Origin: Octopus sinensis
Lineage: Eukaryota
NCBI RefSeq assembly: GCF_006345805.1
Contig: NC_042998.1
Span: forward strand, 97,526,001-97,590,000
Reading direction: 5' to 3'
DNA: 64,000 nt
Part shown: positions 43,330 to 55,899 of the stretch, piece by piece
Layout of the letters: each line of letters begins with the position of its first letter
Numbering within the stretch: position 1 is the first letter of the stretch
The notes under the pieces: generated by a model
What the model saw: the letters and a program-made list of their open reading frames with translations, nothing else
The model's database searches: none
Told to the model about the DNA's origin: nothing
Made by a program: the position numbers and the translations under genes

Positions 43330-43757
43330 TTAACCTAAATTTGAGACACCAGCAAAAGAAGAAATAGAAAGAGACTTTTTTCTATTCCAAAGAAAAACGA
43401 TTTTATTTATACAAATATGCAACCGAAGAGTTTAAAGTACCAGTAATGGGAGAACACAAACATGGTTTAAACAGTAAGTTTTGCGGGAAAGAAACATGCC
43501 TTTAAGCAGTACAAAAACAACAAAAAATGGAAGGTGCAGTTATATATACAGATCGATGGAAGAAAAGCAGGACAAAAACGGCTTTATCGATCGCATTCTC
43601 ACCTGGAATCGATTTTTGTAACTTTTTGAAGACTTATACACGCCCTGATACCGTTGGTATCTACATATCAAATTTGAGTGCAATAGGATGGAGGATGCCC
43701 GAGATCCAAGAAGACACACACACAGACAGACAGACGGAATGGATTTTATATAAGAGA
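43330..43757 (-). mobile_element. 5' part of a second non-autonomous Helitron-like family
   Basis: Minus strand begins A|TCTCTTATATAAAATCCATTCC(GTCT)n, a typical Helitron-type 5' end with a GTCT microsatellite. No 3' CTAG end seen; the left boundary is approximate. Confidence 0.5.
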
Positions 43758-43919
43758 TATATCATCATCATCATCATCATCATTTAAAGTCCATTGTCCA
43801 TGCTGGCATGGGTTGGATGGTTTGATCAGGCTGGCATGCTGGAAGGCTGCACCAGACTCCAGTCTGATTTGGCATGGTTTTCTATGACTAGATGCCCTTC
43901 CTCTCTCTCGCTCTCTCTC

Positions 43920-43958
<39 letters not shown>

Positions 43959-44826
43959 CATACACACACATGCACACACACATATACACACACACACACG
44001 CATGTGCACACATAGAAGTGCTTACTTTTTTATGGTAATTATGAGAAAAAACTGCATACATAATGGGTATGTACTTAAGACTTGCAAATGTACCTAAATA
44101 CATACCTGCAAACATGCACATGGTTCCCAAATGTGCACATGTGCAATAGCTTATGTTGTTTTTCTGTCTAGAAAAATACTTGCTTGTCTGTAGCACTCTT
44201 TCATATGTTGCTCTTTTTTTCATGTTTTATTTATATTATTTCATTTTATTTATAGCTATTTTCATCTATTTATTTTATTTTATATATATTTATATATATT
44301 TTTTTTTGCGCAACTTCGGTACTGCAATTTCTTTTCTATTTTGATAATATTAACAATATATTATTTGACCAACCAAAATGGGAGTGCAAAATGAGAGAGA
44401 GGATAGTACTTACTAGTGTGTCATATGTTGCTATATATACCCATATGTATGTATATGTGTGAGTTTATGTATGTATGTTTCCTTATAAGCAAATAGAGAG
44501 CCAACTAAAAATATTTATGTATAATGATATAAATATATATATGGAAAGGATCATACACACACACATACGCACGTGCGTGCGCACACACACACATTCACAC
44601 ACTCACAAACACACATATATACATTCATATATGTGTGTGTGTTTTATATATATACTATTTGTATAGTTGTATGTACACGCATACACACTGAGTAAGGTAG
44701 ACAATACCTATCAAAATGAGGATTAACTTGTATTTTCAAATATATGTATATATATTTGTTTCAGTCATTGAGATGTGGCCATGTTGGGGCATTACCTAGA
44801 ACAGTTTAGTCAAACAAATTGATCAA

Positions 44827-44874
<48 letters not shown>

Positions 44875-44997
44875 CGTAAAAGACTTTCTTACTTTCCTGA
44901 GTATCAAACTAATACACCTGCTTGTTGTTCATACACCTGTCTTCATCTTTTGTTTTTCTGTAAATTTCATCTATATAAATATATATATATATACATA

Positions 44998-46350
44998 TCT
45001 ATATATATAAAACTCTAGTTGTGTGAGTGTCTGTCCCCTTCGATTTAGATTCCTAACTCCTCCCACATTTTGCGGTGCAGTTTAACCAAATTCGGGTATC
45101 TTATAGTCGTGATTCATATCGAGCCCGTCTGACTATTAGCGCGCGTCAACGATGAGTCTACGATTTAAAAAATAATTTAACATCATTTTTTATTCCATTT
45201 TAATGCATAATTTTTCGTGTGTCGATGGCAGCGGAGTTGGCGTCCACGCTCACAGCTGCACCTGTTTGCTTCTCCCCCTTCCCTCCCTCGTGAAGCTGTG
45301 GGGAAGGGAGTGTAAAGAAATCAACGTCGTAATGCGTTGTCAAGGAGACCAGCGTTCTTTTAGAACAACGACTTCATGGCTTGAAGACACTGAGTCAACG
45401 ATTTAAAAAAAAAATTATCATTTTTTATTCCATTTTTAATGCATTTTTTTGCTATAACTCTCTAAAAATGCTTATATAGTAATTTCTCTTACAAATCCGA
45501 GCAACGCCGGGCAATACTGCTAGTATATATATAAAACTGTAGTTGTGTGAGTGTCTGTCCCCTTCGATTTAGATTCCTAACTACTCCCACATTTTGCGGT
45601 GCAGTTTAACCAAATTCGAGTATCTTATAGTCGTGATTCATATCGAGCCCGTCTGGCTATTAGCGCGCGTCTACGATGAGTCTACGATTTTAAAAATAAT
45701 TTAACATCATTTTTTATTCCATTTTAATGCATAATTTTTCGTGTGTCGATGGCGGCGGAGTTGGCGTCCACGCTCAAAAACCTGCACCTGTTTGCTTCTC
45801 CCCCTTCTTCCCTCCCTCGCGAAGCTGTGGGGAAGGGAGTGTAAAGAAATCAACGTCGTAATGCGTTGTCAAGGAGACCAGCGTTCTTTTAGAACAACGA
45901 CTTCATGGCTTGAAGACACTGAGTCAACGATTTAAAAAAAAAATTATCATCATTTTTTACTATAACTCTCTAAAAATGCTTATTTTGTTATTTCCCTTAC
46001 AAATCCGAGCAACGCCGGGCGATACTGCTAGTCTTTATATATAAAAGTGAAGTTGTGTGTCTGTCTCCTACGATTTAGATTCCTAACTACTCCCACATTT
46101 TGCGGTGCAGGTTAACCAAAACCGGGTATCTTATAGTCGTGATTCATATCGAGCCCTTCTGGGTATTAGCTCGAATCTACGATGAGTCTACGATTTAAAA
46201 AAAAATTACCACCATTTTTTTCCATTTTAATGCATTTTTTCGCTATTATTTAAGGGAAGTAACTCTCTAAAAATGTCTACGATGAATCAATGATTTTTAA
46301 AACAATTTACCATCATTTATTTTCCATTTTTAATGCATTTTTTTGCTATT
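44998..46350 (+). mobile_element. Head-to-tail array of non-autonomous Helitrons (2 full units of about 510-525 bp + 1 truncated unit)
   Basis: A|TC 5' start at 44998 followed by TATATATAAAA. The subterminal hairpin-like CCGAGCAACGCCGGG is followed by a CTAG 3' end at 45520-45523 and 46028-46031. The third unit starts TC at 46032. No TSD. Confidence 0.8.
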
Positions 46351-46705
46351 TATGTGGCACCGGCACCTGTAAAGGACAAGCCTGCATGTACAGAGGACAA
46401 GGATTTTATTTATCTTTACATGTCTTCTCAAGTACAGCAAATTGCCACAACTTCCAGTCCCTTCTTAGAAGGCATGTAGCTTAGTGGTAAGGGTATTTGG
46501 CTCATGACCACAAGGCTGTGAGTTCGATTCCCAGTGGCACATTCTGTCCTTGAGCTTCATTTCATGTGGCGCCACTCCACTCAACTGGTAAAAGTAAGTA
46601 CTTCCTGTAATTAAAAGGGCCAGCCTTCATATTCTGTGTCACACTGAACCTCCATCATAACTATGTTAAATGTATGCATGTCAGTGGAGTGCTCAACCAT
46701 TTTTC

Positions 46706-46910
46706 TTTTTCTTTTACTTGTTTCAGTCATTTGACTGCAGCCATGCTGGAGCACTGCCTTTAGTTGAAAAAATCGACACCAGGACTGATTCTCTGTAAGC
46801 CTAGTACTTATTCTATCAGTAACTTTTGCCAAACTGCTAAGTTACGGGTATGTAAATACACCAACATCAGTTGTCAAGCAATGGTGGGGGTACAGACACA
46901 GACACACAAA

Positions 46911-46958
<48 letters not shown>

Positions 46959-47116
46959 CGATGGGCTTCTTTCAGTTTCCATCTACTAAATCCACCCATA
47001 AGACTTTGGTTGGCCCAAGGCTATAGTAGAAGACACTTGCCCAAAGTGTCACACAGTGGGACTGAACCTGGAACCACATGGTTGGTAAGCAAGCTACTTA
47101 CCACACAGCCACACCT
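46706..47116 (-). mobile_element. SINE family B copy
   Basis: Complete head to tail, internal (TACA)/(TA) tract. Confidence 0.8.
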
Positions 47117-47360
47117 GTGCTTATAATATATATATTTGAAGAGATTCATATGTTATGTGTGTATCATTATCATCACCAACGTTTTCACAACTACTTTTCT
47201 GAATGAAATCTCTTGGAGTAACCAACCTTTACTTGCTTTCAAGTAAGAGTTGGCAGTTTGCTGAGTAACTTAATTTTTTTCTTTTAATATGTCAAACATA
47301 AACAATGTCAGCAGTGCTTTAGCAGTTTTAATACATAGTCACACACATACATAGCTCTGA

Positions 47361-47423
<63 letters not shown>

Positions 47424-48217
47424 ATTTATCAATACAGTTGTACATAGGGTAAATGTGTTTGAAAGTTGTGGTTTCTTTGGTTTGTTTGTTCCCAAACAAC
47501 ACTTATTTTAGTACTGTTGACACTACTGGATTGAATGGTACTGCCCAGGTGTCAAAACCATAATGATATCTGTGGGGCAGCTGATGATGGAGGTATGTTG
47601 GATTGTTGGTATAGCTGTGAATAGTATTATAACACATCCTTTTGATATATATATATACATATAGAGAGAGAGGGAGAGGAGGAGAGAATGGACTAAATAG
47701 AACAGGAAGAGACACATGGGATGGAGAGGAGTCACTGAAGAGGTCACTGTATGTGTGACAAAAGATTTCCAGACAAAGGACATAAAATAACCATAATAAA
47801 TCTGAAGTGAGGAACAAATATGTGGTGCTTGTGTTTATTTGAAAAACTGGCAAAAAAGTAAAAATGACTATCCCAAAATATAACAATATAACAATAACTG
47901 ACCAATTATAAGATATATATATATATACAATGGACTCTCTTGTCGTTAGATGATATTTGAGGGCTCGACAATTTCTTACTGAATAATCATGCAGATAATT
48001 TGTTTATAGTAATCAAATGGTTGTGTACATATAAGCTCACTCCCTCCATCAAATCAACAATACCTATACAGGTGCAACCGGGTGCCACATGTCAGATGTT
48101 GAAACGATTTCAGAGCAACATGAAATGAAGTACTTTTCCCAAGAACACAACGCAATACTTGGGTTGGGAATCAAACCCAAGATCTTGCAATTGTGAGTGC
48201 AACACCCTAACCACTAA

Positions 48218-48264
<47 letters not shown>

Positions 48265-48426
48265 TATAACTCGTCAGTTATCCATAAACTAGAAAAAAGC
48301 ACACTTTAAGAGAAAGTTTGAGCAGTTATGCTTTAATATTGTTGAGTAATATATTCCTGGTTATGCCATATAACCAGTTAGAAAGTTACTGTTGGTTTCA
48401 CATTCCTATTGTACTTGGCAATACAG

Positions 48427-48508
48427 ACAACTCTTTAGATATGCTGGCCAGAAGCACATAGCCTTAAAGAGTTCTATGTGCTTCCAGCCAGCAATGTTGA
48501 TGAGTTGT
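48427..48508 (-). ncRNA. Candidate pri-miRNA-like hairpin, sense to the hemicentin intron
   Basis: Minus strand UGCUGGCUGGAAGCACAUAG / 12-nt loop / CUAUGUGCUUCUGGCCAGCA forms a 20-bp stem (two G-U pairs), with an imperfect lower stem closed by ACAACUC/GAGUUGU. Confidence 0.35.
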
Positions 48509-48598
48509 GAATGTTGGTCAGTGCAATAGTAGATGCAAAATCAATGGTAATTTTCTGGCCACTTATATACCATAAGCAGGAGTATACTTGACAATGTA

Positions 48599-48813
48599 CA
48601 AGAGGGTGCTGAAAAGTTCCTGGCTTTGGGCAAAAGAAAATACAGGAGGATCAGTTAATTATGATTTTATGCAACATATTCTCCTCTCAGATTCACACAT
48701 TTATTGCAGTGGTCCTTCATTTTTTCTAAGTCCTGTAAAAGAACTTGGAATGGTGGGCCTCCAGCCATACCTTTCACAATACCTGTAAAGCCAGGATCTT
48801 TTCAGCACCTCTT
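48599..48813. mobile_element. Mariner-type MITE
   Basis: TA + CAAGAGGGTGCTGAAAAGTTCCTGGCTTT ... AAAGCCAGGATCTTTTCAGCACCTCTT, about 28-bp TIRs, about 215 bp long. Confidence 0.8.
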
Positions 48814-49533
48814 CACAAAAACATTGCTTCTCAATTACATGGTTTGGGGTTTGGTTCCACAGAGTGTGGCACCCTGAGCAAGTGTCTTCAACTATAGCCC
48901 CAGGCAGACCAAAGCCTGGCCACAGAAGCTGGAAGAAGCTTGTCATATATGTGTGTGTCCATGTATATGTGTGTGTGTGTGTATACCTGTATGTGTGTGT
49001 GTGCGTGTGTATGTGTGTGTGTGTGTGCATGCACATGCATGTCTGTGTGTATATGTGTCCAACAGTAAAAACAACACTAAAACTGACTTTGCCTCTGTGA
49101 GTGTCATGTAAAAAGCACTCAGCCCACTCTATGAAGTGCTTGGTGTTAGGAAGGGCATCCAACAGTAAAAACCATGCCAAAACACACTCAGAAGCATGGC
49201 ACAGGATCCCACCTGGCCAGCTCCTGTCAAACCATCCAACCGATGCCAGCATTGAACAACGATGTTAAACAACGATGATGATAATGTGTGTGCATATGTA
49301 TGTCTCCTTGTCTTGACACTATGCAATAGTACGATACTTGCGAACCAACATCACCACCATACAAACGATGTCATTCATTTCCAATCTTCCATGAAACCAT
49401 GTCAGGTTTTAGGGAAGTATTACCCTGCTTGGAAATAGGAGTGGGTCATTGGCAGGAAAGGAATCAGGCCAAGAAAACTTGGCCTCAGCAAATTCAATCT
49501 GACCCTTGCAAGCATGGAAAAGTGAACGTTAAA

Positions 49534-49993
49534 ATGATGATGATGTGATGATGATGATGATGCCAATGACAACGATGATGATGACGATGATGATGACGAC
49601 AATGGTGATGATGAGAATGACGATGATAATGATGATGATGATGATGATGACAACGATGATGATGATGATGATGATGATGATGATAATGGTGATGATGTTG
49701 ACGACAATCATGGTGATGACGATAATGGTGATGATGATGATGATAATAATAGCAATGATGGTGATGATGATGATAATGCTGATGACGATAATGGTGATGA
49801 TGATGATGACAACGATGATGATGATGATAATGATGATGTTAACGATAATGACGATGACAATGATGATGACAATGATGATGACGATGACGACGATGGCGAC
49901 AGTAATGATAACGATAATGGTGATGATGATGACAATAATGATAATGGCGATGATGATGATGATTATGATGATGACAATGACCACAATGATGAT
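49534..49993. repeat. Degenerate (GAT)n tract, about 460 bp, expanded from a retroposon 3' tail
   Basis: Follows AGCATGGAAAAGTGAACGTTAAA; triplet phase is preserved. Confidence 0.9.
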
Positions 49994-50758
49994 GAAATTT
50001 TACTCATAAAGCATTTTAGTCAATCTGAGGCTGTAGTGAAAGACACTTGCCCAAAGCACCTTGCAGTGGGATTGTGAGATTGAACCTGAAATCACATAGT
50101 TGCAATATGAACATCCTCACCACACTACCATAGTCTGTATATGTGTGTGTGTGTGTGTGTTCATGTGCATTTAAACCATCATCACCATCATCATCAAATT
50201 TTTAGTGTTCACTTTCCTATACTTGCATTGGTCAGATGGAATTTGTTGAGGCAGATTTCCTATGGCCACATGCTCTTCCTGTTCCCTATCCTCACTCGTT
50301 TCCAAGACAGGTAATATTTCCTCATGACTGAACATTGTTTTCATGGAAGATTAGAAATGAATTACAATGCTTGTATGATGGTGACACTCACTTACAACAC
50401 TCACATGACTGAACACAAGTAGACACTAACACATACACACACACACACAACATGCACACACACACACCACAACACACACACATACACACACACAACACAA
50501 CACACACATACACATACATGCACACACATGCACACACACACACAAACACACATGTGTGCGTTCACATGCATATAAGTGTATATACATGTAATGGGATTCT
50601 TTCAGTTTCCCTTTACTAAAGCCACTTGCAAAGCTTTGATCTCAGGACTGTAGTAGAAGACACTTGATTAAGGTGCCTTACAGTGGAACTGAACCTGAAA
50701 CTTCATGGTTGGAAAGCAAACTTCTTAATTGCACAGCCAAGTATACACACACACACAC

Positions 50759-50798
<40 letters not shown>

Positions 50799-51585
50799 TT
50801 GCATGTGAAGTAAGCTTAGCTGTCACTCACATACAAGTATGTGAAAGCATACCTGTACCCTGCTTTCACTACTGGCAGATATAGAAAACCTCTTGGACCT
50901 CTCACCCTTCACTCAGCCGAACGTCAAAGATATAACAACTCAGGAAGAGAAGGGCCTGCATAGCAGTCAGTTGGTGTTTATTTTCAGCTGAGTGAATCGC
51001 AACGATAAGAAATGATGTGCCTTGCCCAAGGACACACCTACTGCCAAGTCAAGGAATCAAACACATGACCTTGTAACTGTGAGCTCAACATGCTATCTAC
51101 TTAGGTATGCACTTCCACATATCTCTCAAGTTACCTATCTACGTATATGTGTGGGTGTATATGTATATACATATTATATGTCGATTATATATATATTATA
51201 TATATTATATGTCGATGCTAGTGCCATCCAAACATGGTCAATGCCAATGCCACCTGACTGGCTCTCGTGCCAGTGGCATGTAAAAAGCACCCACTACACT
51301 CTCGAAGTGGTTGGCATTAGGAAGGGCATCCAGCAATAGAAATCTTGCCAGATCAGATTGGTACCTGGTGTCACCTACTGGCTTGCCAGTCCTCAGTCAA
51401 ACCATCCAGCACATGCCAGCATGGAAAACGGACATCAAACGATGACGATGATGATGATGATGATGATGATGTGTGTGTAATATATATATAAATAAAACAT
51501 ATAATATATATATATATACACATACATATATATATATAAACAATACATATTATATATATATATATATAGAGAGAGAGATAGATAA

Positions 51586-51624
<39 letters not shown>

Positions 51625-51626
<2 letters not shown>

Positions 51627-51803
51627 CATAAGAGTGGCTGTGTGGCAAGTAGCTTGCTTACGAACCACATGGTTCCGGGTTCGGTCCCACTGCATGGCAC
51701 CTTGGGCAAGTGTATTCTACTATAGCCTCAGGATGACCAAAGCCTTGTGAGTGGATTTGGTAGACGGAAACTAAAAGAAGCCCATCGTATATATGTATAT
51801 ACA

Positions 51804-51839
<36 letters not shown>

Positions 51840-52091
51840 TGTATGTATGTATGTGTGTATGTATATGCTTGTGTGTCTGTGTTTGTCCCCTCCCACACAC
51901 ACACACACAATCGCTTGACAACCGATGCTGGTGTGTTTATGTCTCCGTAACTTAGTGGTTTGGCAAAAGAAACCGATAGAATAAGTACTAGGCTTACAAA
52001 GAATATGTCCTCGGGTCGATTTGCTCAACTAAAGGCAGGGCTTCAGCATGGCCACAGTCAAACGACTGAAACAATTAAAAGAGTAAAGAGT

Positions 52092-52093
<2 letters not shown>
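51625..52093 (+). mobile_element. SINE family B copy
   Basis: Complete; flanked by (TA)n on both sides. Confidence 0.82.
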
Positions 52094-52172
<79 letters not shown>

Positions 52173-52178
52173 CATACA

Positions 52179-52214
<36 letters not shown>

Positions 52215-52230
52215 TATGTATATATATGTA

Positions 52231-52281
<51 letters not shown>

Positions 52282-53234
52282 TGATATCTACATAATATTA
52301 CATATAATATATAATATATAATATATGTGTGTGTGTGTGTGTGTGTCTTCTCTTATCTTTTACTTGTTTCAGTCACTAGACTGCGGACATCCTGGGACAC
52401 CACCTTGAATGGTTTTGTTGGCCAAATCAGCATCAATTCATATTTTAAAGTCTCTAACTTATTCTATTTGTCTCTTTTATGACAAGCTTCAACACAGTTT
52501 CCACTTGCAAAATCCATTTGCAAGACATTGGTCAGCCTGGGGCTATAATAGAAGTCACTTGCCCAAAGTGCTGTACATTGAACCTGAACTCAAAGTCACT
52601 TACATTCAAAGAGACCTTCTTAACCACACAGTCATGCCTGCACCTATGTGTGTGTGTGTGTGTAGCCCACCAATGCCAGCATAGAAGGTGGACATTAAAC
52701 AATGATGATGAGGAGGAGGAGAATATATATATATATACATACATACATACATACATATATATATATGTGTATGTCTGTGTGTGTGTATGTATTCATGTAT
52801 GTATATGCATTCACACACACATCAAGAGAGAGCAAGAGACAGAGATAGTAGCAAAGAGCCAGACAATCAGATGAAGAAAAAAAGCTAAGTAGAAGATTGA
52901 TCAAATACACTATCTCTGTACATAGATATAAATAGTCCTAAATGAGAGAGGAAAAAATTGATGACCACAAGGTAGCAAAATGGTAAATATATTTGATTGT
53001 CACTCATATGCTGAAGATTTAATTTCCATTTAGATCTGATAACTTTATGTTTTACTCTATTTCTTTAAAATACCCTGTAATTTAATGTATGTGTGTGTGT
53101 GTGTGCATGCACACACGCACACACACACACACATGCATACATACTTTTAAAACTTTGTTCATTGATAAAATATTGTCTTTGATGATAAATGCTCAAAGGT
53201 ACTCACAATTATTAGTTTACATGCCCATACATAC

Positions 53235-53272
<38 letters not shown>

Positions 53273-53442
53273 ACACACAAATATATGCATAAGTTATGTA
53301 TGTGTGCATGTATGTCTGATTGTGAGCATGTGTGTGTATATATGGTTGCATGCATGCATGTTTACATGTGAGTTTATAAGGTATGATTGAAAGGAAAGCA
53401 ATAAAAAGTTGACCAGAGGGCAGAGTATAAAGTGTCACTTAC

Positions 53443-53719
53443 CTGGATCACCAAAAGGTACCAGGACATAGTTGTACAAAGGCTTCTCTCCTCGTGCAAG
53501 AGTTGTGGCTAATATTTTTGCAGCCCCTTTAATTACCTGTCTCAGGTCATCCATCATAGAACCAGTATTATCAAAAACAAAAGCTAAGGTGGCAGCTCCA
53601 AGGGGTATTTCTCCAACAAAGTGGTCAGCATTCTCTTCTCCACTACATCTTCCATCTCTCATTAACAAGAAAGAGTTTAAAAATACTAAAATTATAAGCA
53701 CATTTTCTTTTAATTTCAT
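53443..53719 (-). CDS. HMCN1: First coding exon of a hemicentin-like extracellular matrix protein (signal peptide + N-terminal part of VWA domain)
   Basis: Translation [93 protein letters not shown] hydrophobic signal peptide precedes TLAFVFDxTGSMxDDLxQVIxGAxKIL...PLxNxxLVPFxDP, matching the hemicentin N-terminus as I recall it. The ATG has AAAA upstream. The exon ends CCAG|GTAAGT at 53443/53442 (277 nt, phase 1). Orthology to HMCN1 rather than another hemicentin or VWA7-like gene is not resolved. Confidence 0.88.
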
Positions 53720-54200
53720 TTTTGAAGTTTGAAAAGTTTCTTGAGATGTAATTAAAATAAATATATATCTTTTAGCATAGGATTCCTTTATATTTTTAAA
53801 TTCTGAAATTTGTATCTATTATGTTAAAAAATTAATTTCAGTGATATTATCAGAAAATAACAGTTATTCACATAATAACATATATTTCTATTTATATATC
53901 TTTATGCTTATATCTATATAATTATATATGTTTTTTCCTTCATCTCTCACTGTAAGCTAATGTCTATCTTCCTCGGCTGGGTTGTTAAAACCGGTGGCTG
54001 CTAGCAGCAGCACGGGGAGATATAGTGACTATTGGTTGAAGAAAGTTCTCTCTCCCTTGCTCTCTTTAGTTAAAAGTAATACAGTCGGGGCTTTTTATGG
54101 GATGGGAAGCTGCAGGGCTAAATTCTACTGGCAGAGAAAAGAAGCAGTCAAGTTGTGTAAATTTGGTTTATTAGTCAGTTTTATATTCTCTTTGAAAAAA
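53720..54200 (-). promoter_or_regulatory. Putative 5' UTR / core promoter region of the hemicentin-like gene
   Basis: Repeat-free island directly upstream of the ATG, with a locally GC/CpG-richer patch (about 53970-54120). On the minus strand it contains CCAAT (about 54031-54035) and a TATA-like CATAAAAAG (about 54091-54099). The TSS cannot be determined from sequence. Confidence 0.35.
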
Positions 54201-54837
54201 CATTAGCACTACTTTGGCAGTACTTTGATTAATATCACAAATATCATCCTAGCTATCAAAATTATATTACTACCCTCACAGCTGCAATGTTTTTTGATTA
54301 AAGGTGGATCATGGATTAAACATTATGCTAATATAGGGAACCTGCTTATTATTTCTATAATAAGCAGCCTTCTAGAACTAAATTACTAAATTAAAGTTAG
54401 TCACCTTTAATATCAAACAAACAACCTTAAATTAATCCATCATCTTCCCTCATTAATAGTACTGATATCATCAATGTTTTCCTAGAAGTGGTGTTATGAA
54501 CCATAAAATAATATTAACAGTCACTGTTGCATATATACTCACATGCATGCATGCATGCACAAGCATACACACAATTCAGTTGATATTAAAACTTATAAAA
54601 TCCCTTACTTTCAATATCCATGCTTGGTTCTTTAATATAACATGACAAAATGCATTATAATTACTTCCCTATCGACACAAGCATAACCGATATTCACCTT
54701 GAGAGGGTGTCTTCTACTGTAGCCATGAGCCAACCAATGCCCTGTAGGTGAATTTTGTAGATGGAAACTACATAGAAGCCTGTTGCATATATGTGTGTGT
54801 GTGTCTGCACATCAATGCATGTGCATATGTGTGTGTA

Positions 54838-55007
<170 letters not shown>

Positions 55008-55069
55008 ATGGGCAACAGGAATTAAATGACAATGATGATTTGTACATATATATATATATATAAATAAGG

Positions 55070-55227
55070 GGCAGGCATGGCTGTGTGGTAAGAAGCTTAC
55101 TTACCAGTCACATAGTTCCAGGTTCAGACCCACTGTGTCACACCTTGGCCAAGTGTCTTCTACTATAGCCTCAGGCCGACCAAAGCCTTGTGAATAGATT
55201 TGGTAGATGGAAACTGAAAGAAGCCTG

Positions 55228-55271
<44 letters not shown>

Positions 55272-55680
55272 AAAAAAATACAAACTGGGACAAGAACGCA
55301 AAACATTTAGAAGACGATACAAAAAACACAGACAGGACATTCGAAGCCTTCAATCTTCAATCAAGAACTGGATCATCCTCGCAATTTCGGCTGATTAATC
55401 TTGAGATTGCTCCGACCTGGCCAACCCCAAAGGAAAATCTAAGCCAAGCGCATATATATATACATACATATGTGTGTGTGTGTGTGTTTGTCACCCCACA
55501 GTCGCTTGACAGCTGAATTTGGTGTGCATGTCCCCATAACTTAGCAGTTCAGCAAAAGAGGCTGATAGAATAAATACTCGACTTACAAAGAATAAGTTCT
55601 GGAGTCTACTTGTTGAACTAAAGGTGGTGCTCCAGCATGGCCACAGTCAAATGACTGAAACAAGTAAATGAATAAAAGAA
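55070..55680 (+). mobile_element. SINE family B copy with an unrelated about 180-bp insert (55268-55452) in its internal (TA)n
   Basis: Head at 55070-55230, body resumes at about 55470. Confidence 0.75.
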
Positions 55681-55682
55681 TA

Positions 55683-55899
55683 TGAGGAGGTGCTGAAAAG
55701 TTCCTGCCTTTAAGGGTATCACAAAAGGCTTGGTTGGAGATCCAGACTTCCAAGTTCTTTTACAGGGCTTAGAAAAACTGAAGGACCACTGCAATAAGAG
55801 TGTAAATCTGGGAGGGAAATATCTTGGATAAAATCATAATTAACTGATCCTCCTGTATTTTGTTTTACTTAGAGGGAGGAACTTTTCAGCACCCCCTTG
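55683..55899. mobile_element. Second copy of the same mariner-type MITE, opposite orientation
   Basis: GAGGAGGTGCTGAAAAGTTCCT ... AGGAACTTTTCAGCACCCCCTTG; the interior is the reverse complement of 48599-48813. Confidence 0.8.

Noticed and set aside
47503-47886. 127-aa minus-strand ORF in the intron
   Set aside because: Crosses TA/GA low-complexity sequence and has no hemicentin or other domain similarity.
49529-50009. 154-aa poly-Met and 151-aa poly-Ile ORFs
   Set aside because: Degenerate (GAT)n tail of a retroposon; the open frames are a by-product of the triplet.
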